Source: Eledone cirrhosa (Eukaryota). Taken from it: DNA of 64,000 nucleotides. The notes under the pieces are model-generated. The model was not told the origin of the DNA. It searched no databases and saw only the letters and a program-made list of their open reading frames with translations. The stretch covers positions 102,238,001-102,302,000 of the forward strand of contig OZ024743.1 in the NCBI GenBank assembly GCA_964016885.1, in the 5' to 3' direction. This document shows positions 53,607-64,000 of this stretch, piece by piece (the stretch's first letter is position 1; every line of letters begins with the position of its first letter). A program made the translations under genes and the position numbers.

Positions 53607-54700
53607 ACTAGCAGCAGTACCCAGCGTTGCGTGGGTAGGTAAAATAATATCTGCTTTGATGAAAAGGTGTTGATCTTAGCGACTGCGAGTTTCTTGAAAA
53701 TAGGTCCTAATGTGTAGCAAATGGCGAAATGTTGAGTGAAATCGTATGGAATATGTGGGAGGTGGAAAAAATCGTATTTTGAAGAGTTAAACCGCTGCCA
53801 TGTCGTCCTTGAACAATACAATGCAAAGTGTAAATCTATTATAAGATGTGCAATGATAGGTTCTATCGTAGTAAAAAAGTTGAACCAAATGAATTGATGT
53901 ATGCATGAGGTGGAGCCGAAGCTTTGAATTTGAACGAAATCGGTTGAAAAATGTGGGAGCTAATGATAGGTCGCCGTCCCTGAACAAAAAATGCAAAGTG
54001 TAAAGCTACTATAAGATGTGCAATGATAGGCTCTATCGTAATATAAAAGTTGAACCAAATAAATTGATTTATCTGTGAGGTGGAGCCAAAGTTTCGAATT
54101 TGAACGAAATCGGTTGAAAAATGTGGGAGCTAGAGCCGAAAAGGCGGAAATTTGAGCGAAAACGTGGTATTTTCGAATATTTAAGCGGCTGCCACGCCGT
54201 TCCTGAACAAAAAAATACAAAATATAAAGCCACTTTAAAATGTGAAATAATCAGATCTAGCGTAGTGTAAAATGTGAACAAAGTAGGTTGATTGATGTGG
54301 GAGCTAGAGCCGAAAAAGTGGAAATTTGAGTCTAAAAGTGGTATTTTTGAATATTTAAGAGCTGCCACGCCGTCCCTGGAAAACAAATGCAAAATATGAA
54401 GCAATTACAGAATGTGCAATGATAAATTCTATTTTGCTTTAAAATTTGAACGAAATCACTGGCAAAATGTGGGAGCTAGAGCCAAAAATCTTATTTTTCG
54501 ATACCAAAAAAAAGGTGAGCCTCTCTATCGATTTTTATCTGCAGAATGACCCCAGAATAAAAGACCGATAGAAAACACTCCCCGATGACTAATCTATGAG
54601 CCTGTAAAGTTTCATGAAAATCGGTCGTAAGATGTAGGCACCTATAAGTAATACACAGACACACAGTCACACACACATACTTAATTTTATATATATACAT
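53607..54700 (-). mobile_element. Non-autonomous Helitron/Helentron-type element with internal tandem repeats of about 170 bp
   Basis: ACTAGCAGCAGTACCCAGCGTTGCGTGGG at one end, CACAGAC..TTTTATATATAT at the other; ATGTGGGAGCTA recurs near 53950, 54120, 54295 and 54465. Confidence 0.7.
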
Positions 54701-54701
54701 A

Positions 54702-55800
54702 TGTAGCGTCCAGACAAGCTGATGAACAGTGTGACAGTTCTTTGAGAAATCTTGGGAGTAGTGTCAAGAGTTTCTTCGTCATCTCGAAAAGAGATACGAC
54801 CGCGTTTCACGGGACCTATTGTGGAAGGTCCTGCGGGAGTATGGGATTCATAGACAGCTTCATTTGTTCGGGAAAATGGTGTTAAATCCATTGGTGCTAA
54901 AACCATGCAATGTGCGAGTCTGACTATGCCAAGAGTACGTACTATCCCTTCCCCTGTTCATAAAATCCATGGACATGATTGACATGCGCAACTGGTTTGG
55001 AAGTGGTATCACAACCGGCGGGTGTAGGATCAGTTGGCTGGAATTTGCAGATGAGATAGAATATCTTAACTCTTCAGAAGTTGATCTCAGCCATGCACTT
55101 GACAGGTTTGATACTCGCGCAGTGCATTCTACACGTGAGTGGAGTTCCAGTGAATCTGCTGCAGAAGATCAAGTATCTTGGGTCGTGCTCAGTAATGATG
55201 GAAAACACGATGCGGATTTAAATATATGAACTGCAGCAGCTGTTGCAGTAATGCGCCAGTTTCAACATTAGTTCATAGTCAGATGAAGGGAGATAGGTGT
55301 AAACGCCAACCCCTCTATCTTCAATTCTGCGTTCCTCCCAACACTTCCGTGCGGTTACGAATCTTGAGTAACGACGGAAAGAATACAAGCGGCTGAATGG
55401 GGTTCCTCCGAAGGGTCCTTGAGTAACGTTACTTCATAGAGTGAGTAACTCGTAGATAAGAAAATCGCTCCAGTAGAGCTGCTACTTCTCCAAATTGGGA
55501 CATCCCAGCTCCAATACTACGAATATGGGTTAGAACAACTCAGGAAAGAATTTCTGGACAGTTTTACAAACAAAACCAACCGGTACGAGACCTAGAGGTA
55601 GAATCAGAACAAAATAGTTAAATAACATCTATAAGCTCGGCAGTTCTCGTTTGGGTTCCAGGCGGATAAATTGGAAATGATTGCTTCTGACAGAACCCTC
55701 TGGAATGAGTGTTTGAACATTCTTCCCCCATGACCTTACGAGGGATAAGTAGGAGAAGAAGATGAAGAAGAAGGAGAAGGAGAAGGAGAAGAAGAAGAAG
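54702..55800 (+). mobile_element. Decayed RTE-clade LINE 3' half with (GAA)n tail
   Basis: Fragments GCRISWLEFADE (FADD-like), TERIQAAE, TKPTGTRPRGR; many stops. Confidence 0.7.
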
Positions 55801-56019
55801 CTATCACTCTCCTCTCCATAATAACGTCAAATACTACAACAGTCAAGGCATGATAACAATTTAACTTGGTCTGTGATTAAACAACAGTCATTTCCTATTT
55901 CATAGCAGGAAATGGCTCACAGAATTTCCCAGCTTTTACTATCTATTAAATATTTCATTCCTGAGCAGACCTCGCTGTTACATTATCTTCCCCATATACG
56001 TTATCTGTGCCATAACGCT

Positions 56020-56390
56020 GTTCCCCTTGCAGTACACACTGTCAAGCATTGCGATGTGAAGTTTCCTTACATCCACTCCGGTTTCACTTTTGAGGACATT
56101 TGTCAGTGTAATACTTGGTCTCCCAATTCGTTTGCACACATTGGCTACCAGATAACTCTGCGAACAGGTTCATTGTGCCGTGTAACATGTCCAGCTTATG
56201 GAAGCCTCAGTCGCTTTATATTTTGTGGATCGTAGAGTGATCTATTTGTTGCATGTGCTTTCCTGGAGATATTCTGAACTGTTCTCAGCATTCATGTATA
56301 TATTTCATTGATCGTCTTTGTGCTTTCCAGGTTATTCTATGTTATTCTTAAACCTTCCTAATTCGATATTTTCCTGCTTTTGAAGAATAA
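56020..56390 (-). mobile_element. Decayed RTE-clade LINE 3' end
   Basis: Minus strand YT*MLRTVQNISRKAHATNRSLY..RLRLP*AGHVTRHNEP..IGRPSITL..ETG..AMLD. Confidence 0.6.
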
Positions 56391-57401
56391 GACGTTAGAT
56401 CACAAGACCTGATTAATTAATTATGAATACACTGGTTATATATTATTATGTATAAACGCGTGTAAAGCAGTGTAATATATGATACTGATCCTTTTAGAAG
56501 AATTGTTTAGTTAGTTTAGTAAAAGCTGTAATAATCGATGCTTGCAATAAAATCTAAACCAGAGATACTTGCAAATTTCAAAGATAATGATGATGAAAAT
56601 ATAGAAAAACCAGGTCAATCGTATAAGGAATGGATATTGATATTCCGAAACCAAACAAATACAAATATTGAGAAAGTACAGTATTGTCTAATTTGCAGCT
56701 ATATAATTACATTTGCAATATTTTCCTTTCAACAATGAGTGTGCAGAAATAGCCGATTTATTATATACTACAAACATATATACATCAATTGTGTGATCGA
56801 TTAGAGCATGGATAAAAGGTTTATTGTAATCTGATGATAGAATACTTCGGGGTCCAATTGTGTCTCCGCTGATAGAATATCTTATAAAATAAATAAGAAT
56901 GTCTGCCAAGAAATATAGATCGTTTGCTGATGTTATCTTTCGACTGTTCTTGTTCCTCTCATCAATCACTGGATAATAGAAAGGCTTCGAGCAGAGATGT
57001 TGTATAATATGATATTACAGTGACGTTATTTTAAGTGTTATATTTCTTATGCATGCAAATTCTAAATACTTTCTTGATTGAAAATGAAATGAAAACTGTT
57101 TCTCAAATTTGATCAAATTTAATAAAAAGTTGTTTTATTTATACAAAACGATGTGATAATATTTTCCAAATTTACTTCACTGTAACACACTCTATTTTGC
57201 CATCCATCTTTTGTCAACATAATTTTATTTCATCAGTAAGCTTCGGTTCGTAATTAAAGCTATTTCACATAATGTAGCTATTAGTCGTCATGGGGTAAAT
57301 ATGAATGCAATAGTCCTATTTAAAACCCAGTCAGAGAAAATTATGTACAAAAGTATATGTATTAAATCGAATTTATAGTTGATGTTATATATAAAGGGTT
57401 A

Positions 57402-57937
57402 ACTGCTAAATATTAATAATTGTTTCTACTTTTGGCACAAGGCCAGTAAATTACCCAGTGCATTACTGGTACTTTATTTTAACCACCCCATAAGGATGAA
57501 AGGCAAAGTTAACCTCGGAAGGATTTGAACTCAGTCTGTAAAGGGCCGTAACTCTATGCTGCAAAGCATGGTGTCCGACACTCTACCGATACTGCCAATC
57601 CACCGCCAATCCACTGCTAAATATTAATAATTGTTTCTACTTTTGGCACAAGGCCAGCAATTAACCAGTGTATTACTGGTACTTTATTTTATCGACCCCA
57701 TAAGGATGAAAGGCAAAGTTAACCTCGGCGGGATGTGAACTCATAATGGCAAGGGCCATAACTCTATGCGTCAAAGCATGGCGTCCGACCCTCTACCGAT
57801 ACTGCCAATCCACTGCTAAATATTAATAATTGTTTCTACTTTAGGCACAAGGCCAGCAATTACCCAGTGCATTACTGGTCCTTTATTTTATCGACCCCGT
57901 AAGGATGAAAGGCAAAGTTAACCTCGGCGGGATTTGA
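57402..57937 (-). mobile_element. Tandem trimer of main-family SINEs
   Basis: Three units, each preceded by ACTGCTAAATATTAATAAT. Confidence 0.9.
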
Positions 57938-58742
57938 AAAATGTTAATAATGTTTATAAATATATTGAAAATAATGATTTTACATTACAGGAGTGCATGT
58001 TTAATGCAAAAATACTATTTGAAATCTATTTATTAAAATGAATAGAACAGCTACAATCACGTGGAGCTTTCAGAAATGGAATCTTGCCGGCAAAAATAAC
58101 TATTTGAGAAACATTACAATTAATTGTATTTTTAAATGTCTTCAAAAGTCAATATATGAAGTATGTCTAAAGAGAAATTGTATCTCTGAAAATATTAGCA
58201 TATTTTCTAATGTAACTCACATGGTGGTGAAAATAAAATGGGATGTTGCATGCGTAAAAGAATTAGTAAAGGTTTCAGTGCTCCAGCTATTAACTATTCC
58301 ATAGATATCTGAAAAATACAATTCATGGGTTATTTTAATCTTATATGCAAACATTTTTCTCTGCATTAATTTTCCCTTGTCGAAACGGATATATAATTTT
58401 CAACTATTTGAGTTGTGTAGACTTCTAATGTTATACCTTCATTAAATATCATTAAAAACAACATTCGTGTATCTTTAAAAAGTAATTTTATTCATCCTTG
58501 TCTGAGATACATAGCCATATGCACGCACACAATTCTCACCTATCTTTCTATTTCTTCTTCTCTCCCTCATTCCATCTTCTGATAAAGGATTGATGTACAT
58601 AACGTTAAGATGCCTTTCCTACTATATCAAACGAGAAATTAATCTATATCATCATTGCATTGCATGATTCTCATTCTGTATGTTGTCTTTCTTTGTTGAC
58701 TCCGCTCTCACTCACTCTTTCACACACTCGCAATTATATATA

Positions 58743-59265
58743 TAGAGTCGTATTCGCGGGGGTTACGTTCCTTTAACAACCGCCAAGAGTGGAAAAAACA
58801 CAAATAATCGACGTGGTCGATAAAACTGCCAATAAACGTGAAAATATAACGTAATATATAGGCCGGCAAATACGGTATATTGTTATTAATAATTTAGCGT
58901 TACAAAGCATGAACAAATATGTATTGCCACGAAAAAGCCATTCAAAAATCGCGGAAGATATTTACGATTCCCCGAATATGCGGTGGTTTCCACGAACAAT
59001 TATTTGAATTGGTAGTATCGGTAGAGGGTTTTACGCCATGCTTTGACGCATAGAGTTACGGCCCTTGCCATTCTGAGTTCAAATCGAGCCGAGGTTAACT
59101 TTGCCTTTCATCCTTACGGGGTCGATAAAATAAAGTACCAGTAATACACTGGGCAATTGCTGGCCTTGTACCATAAGTAGAAACGATTATTAGGTTGTTC
59201 TCAGGAAAATTCTGCAAATAACCGGCACCGCGAATACCGGCACCATGAATTCCAGTATAACTATA
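58743..59265. mobile_element. Tigger/pogo-type MITE remnant interrupted by a SINE
   Basis: GTATTCGCGGGGGTTACGTTCC at left, CCGCGAATAC subterminal motifs at right, TA context. Confidence 0.45.
59008..59192 (+). mobile_element. Main-family SINE
   Basis: A-box, B-box, core and ATT tail. Confidence 0.88.
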
Positions 59266-60327
59266 TATATATATATAGTTATACTTGGGGAAGGTCATAT
59301 TTGTGTAATATTGCCAGAATTAATAACAGAACACACTCACTGTTTGGTTGGTTTTCGCTTCTCGCTGTCTTTTATATCTGTAATCTAACTTAATCGGTCC
59401 TCAATGTTGCCATTGACTGACCGACGGTCAAAAATAATACAGATACAATATAGACACAAACACATATGTATAGTTTTCATAATTTACATAAATCTTTCGT
59501 TGCACTCTGCAACATCGTCAGTGGTGTTATATTTTCCTCCTGTTGTGTTGTATGTCTACGCCATTTTTTATTCAGTCTGTCTATATATTTATTTATTTAT
59601 TTGCTCGTTTGTTTATTTTATTTTGTCTTCTTTGCGCATGCGTTTGCGTGTGTGTATAGTGTTATGTTTGCTGGGTGACTAGTGTGTGTTTATGTGCTTG
59701 TTGTTATTGTGCTTGTGTATGTATTTATTTATCTTATTTTATTTACTTATTTATACTTCTCTTAGGTCAGTGTTGTTTGTTTGTGTGTTGTTATAACAAC
59801 AACACCCAAACAATCGTTTCTTCCAAACATACGTTTGGAATCATCGGATCATTAGCAATGTGTGTACATATAATTAACCTCCTATTCAACTGAACAATCA
59901 TATAGATACATATATATTGATGTTGTGAACAAGAGTTTCGTATTTACAGGGTGGAATTGATGCGACATATATTATACGAGAATTGTAATATAATTCAAAT
60001 TAAAATTAATAGCACAGAGTGGAATACATGCAACAGATAATACAAGGGAATAGTCTAATAATTAAATATGCATTGAGGGAGAATGAGGACACTAGCAGTA
60101 CATATGCAAGCATGTAGATAGTGCACATGCGTTAGTCATATATATGAAGGAAATAAACAAAAGTATTAGGCATTAATAAATACTGTATGGCAAAGGTATC
60201 ACATTTATTCCTGCTCTGTAAAACACCTGATGTTCTTACATTGAGGTATTTCTCTTACGGGTAATAAGGTGGTAATAAATTACTGACCTTTCCTGTTTAT
60301 AGTTGTTTATAGTATATACATAACTAT

Positions 60328-60522
60328 TGTGGATTGGCAGTATCGGTAGAGGGTCGGACGCCATGCCTTTTAGCATAGTTACGTCCCTTTACAATCTGAG
60401 TTCAAATCACGCCGAGGTTGACTTTGCCTTTCATCCTTACGTGGTCGATAAAATAAAAGTACCAGTGATGCACTGGGTAATTGCTGGCCTTGTGCCTAAA
60501 GTAGAAACAATTATTATTATTA
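60328..60522 (+). mobile_element. Main-family SINE, full length
   Basis: GGATTGGCAGTATCGGTAGAG...GAGTTCAAATC...GTAGAAACA(ATT)n. Confidence 0.9.
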
Positions 60523-61254
60523 TATATATATATGTAGATAAATCTACCAACATATACGGTAGTGTCCAATCCGTATGAAGAACTCAATGTAATCCAAATA
60601 TCATGAAAAGAGATGTATTCAAAAATGTTTTTTTTTCTGAAGACAGCATATATATGTGTAGGTATGTATATTCCCTCTGACATAGATCTATATGATATAC
60701 ATACCAACACACACATATATATCCTAGAAACAATCGTAAAATGATGAATTTTTTAATATAAGGAACTGTTTCTTTGTTTTTATTCATTGTTTTTATTAAT
60801 TTATATATATATATATATATGTGTGTGTGTGCCTTCATCGAGTTGGCTGTCTAACAATTGCCCTCCTCAACAAACTTGGTGAGGTTGTTGTTTAGTTGCC
60901 GCTGACCTTACCATTCTGCTGAATGAATACATGCTTGTGCAAATATATGTGTTTATACGCTTATACAAAGACACACAGGAGAAGGATACGCATACCTAAA
61001 TGTTGGATTGGTGGTATATTATTTTAACGCTCGATATAGTTGCAGCACAGTCTGAAGATAACTAATGCTATTACTTCATTAGAAGATTGAATGAGAGAGA
61101 TACAGCAAAAGATGAATGGAAAGGATAAGTAAAAAAAGGGATGATAAACCTGAGTAAAATTTTGACGACGTTGAAAATGGAAAAGATAAATATATATATG
61201 TATTTATCCATGTATATTCATAAATAACATATTTGCATACATGAAATGGCATAT

Positions 61255-61321
<67 letters not shown>

Positions 61322-61996
61322 AGTGTGTATTTATATATATGTATGCATGTTTTCTTTTATGCGTGTGTGCGATCGTGTCTGTGGGCATGTGATGATATCT
61401 TGTCTGATAGAACATATGATGATATTAAAAAACGCTACAGTATCAGAATTAATCAGAGAATGCATCTGCATGAGTAGAATCAAAAATATTGCTCAGATTT
61501 ATTGGTTACATATGAAAGCAAAACTGATGCAATGTCGATAGGAGATATTGTAGAATTTTATTACTCAGAGAAATAAAAGGAAACCACATATTTGACAGTC
61601 CTCACTTTTGAGAAAGAGACTATAATTTGAATGATGTCTATGGTTTGCTTGGTGACAGCTTTTGCTACATTTGCAAAGATTTAGACATGAATCAATATTA
61701 CTTTAGTCATGTGCAAAACTGCTTTAGAGGGAATATCTATATATTAATATTTTCAGTTCTGTATTTATTAAATTCTATTTTTACTTTAATAATGGAAAAT
61801 ATACAAAACTCAAAATTTATTTACATTTCATATATACTTTTTTTTATTATTGCCTTCTATTTTAAATATTCGTTTTTCTAAGAAAATATGGCACATGGTC
61901 TTTGGAAGAATTTAATTAATATCTTCTGAAAATATGTTGTAATGTACAGTTTAGAGTGTAAAATCGCTGTACAGAATATTTCAATACAGTGATTTT

Positions 61997-62105
61997 ACGG
62001 TGTTGAGCTCAATACAAATTTAATAACGGCGTTGAGCTCATTACACATTTAATAACGATGTCGGGCTTAATATTATTTTAAGAATCTTGTTGAGCTCAAC
62101 ACAAG
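61997..62105. repeat. 29-bp minisatellite, about 4 degenerate copies
   Basis: ACGGTGTTGAGCTCAATACAAATTTAATA at 61997, 62026, 62055 and about 62084. Confidence 0.75.
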
Positions 62106-62542
62106 ATGGTTTTAGGGATTATGGTAAATGCAGACAATATCGGTCGCAGGAATTAATCAATATGATTTGTTATGAAATAAAACTCACCATATTTATTTCT
62201 TCCATGAAAATATTGTTGTCTACTTCTATGACAATATTTTTTTTCTTTTGTTTTTGAGCGAAAAAAAGTTGCATTATGGAGAATAAAATATATTGTTGAT
62301 TTTTTGATGTGTCAGAATGGACAAATATTAACTAAAAATGCCAAGCAGTATAAATGATTGTGAGTTGTAGTGTATGCGTACAGTAACTGGCCACAATAGA
62401 CGCCACTTCAGTAAGTTATTGTGATCAATACTAGATAATGGAGAATATTAATTGAATTCTAATTGTAAATTTCGATAGCAGTAATGACATAAGAGAGAGG
62501 ATTAGGCAAAGAAATAAACATAATTATAGGCCCTGATTCAAT

Positions 62543-62598
<56 letters not shown>
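62543..62598. repeat. (GATA)n microsatellite with no LINE insertion
   Basis: Direct reading. Confidence 0.9.
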
Positions 62599-63049
62599 CG
62601 AGCACCATAGATATAGAGAGACAAAACTAGATGGAGAGACTGAAATACTATTTTGCTTTCTCAATTGAAAAGTTGCTTTTCATGAGACTATGAGCAGAAT
62701 AACCCCTTTTTTTTTACTATATATATCATTAAACGATTTTAGATAATTTCTACGAGTACTTGTCTTCTAAGTTAAAATTTACACGTAAAATGGAAACGAA
62801 ATCGGATTTAATCTTAGAAACAATGGATTGAGAATTGAATCCAAAAAAATAACCCTAAACAATAGAACACAAACAAAACACATTGCAAATAAAATAGAAA
62901 TTCCGGATGTGCAGCAAGACAAGTTATAATATAAATCTCAGATTAAATTTGATATATGATACAACAGGATTAACATAGATCACCGGGTGGAAAGAGGCTT
63001 ACTGCATGCGATGAGCTTCCCATATTCGACATACCCGAGAGTATATATT

Positions 63050-63078
63050 CCTCCTCCATCTCCATCTCCACCACCACC

Positions 63079-63150
<72 letters not shown>

Positions 63151-63225
63151 GCTACTACTACAACTACTGCTACTACTACTACTACTGCTACTACTACTAC
63201 TATACTACTACTACTACTGCTACAT
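63050..63225. repeat. (CCA)n-(CTA)n trinucleotide tract
   Basis: Direct reading. Confidence 0.9.
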
Positions 63226-63403
63226 GCATTTCATATTCATTTGAATATACATTTACTAGCAGCCTGCTGTTCAGAATTGCATTACTTCAGAACTTCAATC
63301 AACGTCTTCTCACCGCAACATGCCTCCCCTCTCTCTTACCCCCCCCTCTCTCTTTCTCTCTCTCACTCACTCTCTCTCACTCACTCTCTCTCTCTCTCAC
63401 ACA

Positions 63404-63473
<70 letters not shown>

Positions 63474-63929
63474 ATCTCTCTCTCTCTGTATGAATATATT
63501 TGTGCCCTCGTGGAAAATAAACAGGAATTTGTATGAATATATACGCATTTTTTGTTGTCGTCAGCTCCAGCTCGTTTCTGATTATATATTTTGCACTTCC
63601 TAATTTACGATATTGTCTCTAGCGGATGGAAAGGTCAAATATTGCATGGGAAAATTGTCGACACAAGTTACATCTGATAGTCGATTGAAGCTTTGCTTGG
63701 AGTGTGCGAATCTTATGTCACAGTCTTTTATCTTCTTCAATTAATTTCTATGATGACTTTTTTCAAAATGTTTTTCCTCGTTCTTGATACAATGACACCA
63801 CCCTGTCCTCTCTTCTGCATGTTGTTCCTAGGACTTAGGTTCGATGCTGGTGCTCTTTATCTTTACTTTCAATTGGTCTTTATAACGTCACACGAGGCCA
63901 CCGCGAGAACTCTTATTATTAATGTACTA

Positions 63930-64000
63930 AGGATCGGATGCCATGTTTGCATGAAAGAGTTACGGCCCTTTATGGTCAGAGTTCAAATCCCGCCGAGGTT
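63930..64000 (+). mobile_element. Main-family SINE running off the window end
   Basis: GCCATG...GAGTTCAAATCCCGCCGAGGTT. Confidence 0.8.

Noticed and set aside
60328-60420. A-box and B-box sequences as tRNA genes
   Set aside because: No cloverleaf; they are heads of multi-copy SINEs.
61997-62105. Regular 29-bp repeats resembling a CRISPR array
   Set aside because: No unique spacers and a eukaryotic context; ordinary minisatellite.

Overview
AT-rich, microsatellite-dense animal DNA made almost entirely of repeats; the SINE and LINE content looks octopus/cephalopod-like (inference). No host gene is recognisable, and nearly all short ORFs are translated microsatellites. Three things stand out. 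(1) An intact R4/Dong-type restriction-like-endonuclease retrotransposon ORF (11-2827) and a 5'-truncated twin sit in an (AAT)n run that is also the tail of an antisense tRNA-SINE. (2) A 13-kb head-to-tail stack of five copies of a Tx1/L1-type LINE (34376-47400) has every junction in (TATC)n, which points to a (GATA)n-targeting retrotransposon; a splice-acceptor-like signal lies just before ORF2. (3) Many small non-coding islands between (TA)n/(CA)n tracts are fold-backs or partial tandems, and several carry type I hammerhead ribozyme motifs, some followed by AATAAA (4.2/4.8, 5.9, 9.4/30.0, 23.7, 51.1, 51.5 kb). One pair shows a compensatory stem I change and one has a U3:A8 core variant. They look like a diverse set of non-autonomous Penelope-like/retrozyme-like elements living in microsatellites. 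Also present: about 15 tRNA-derived SINE copies, RTE and CR1 remnants, a deleted mariner, Helentron-type and Tigger-type non-autonomous elements. All alignments and folds were done by eye, so boundaries are approximate.
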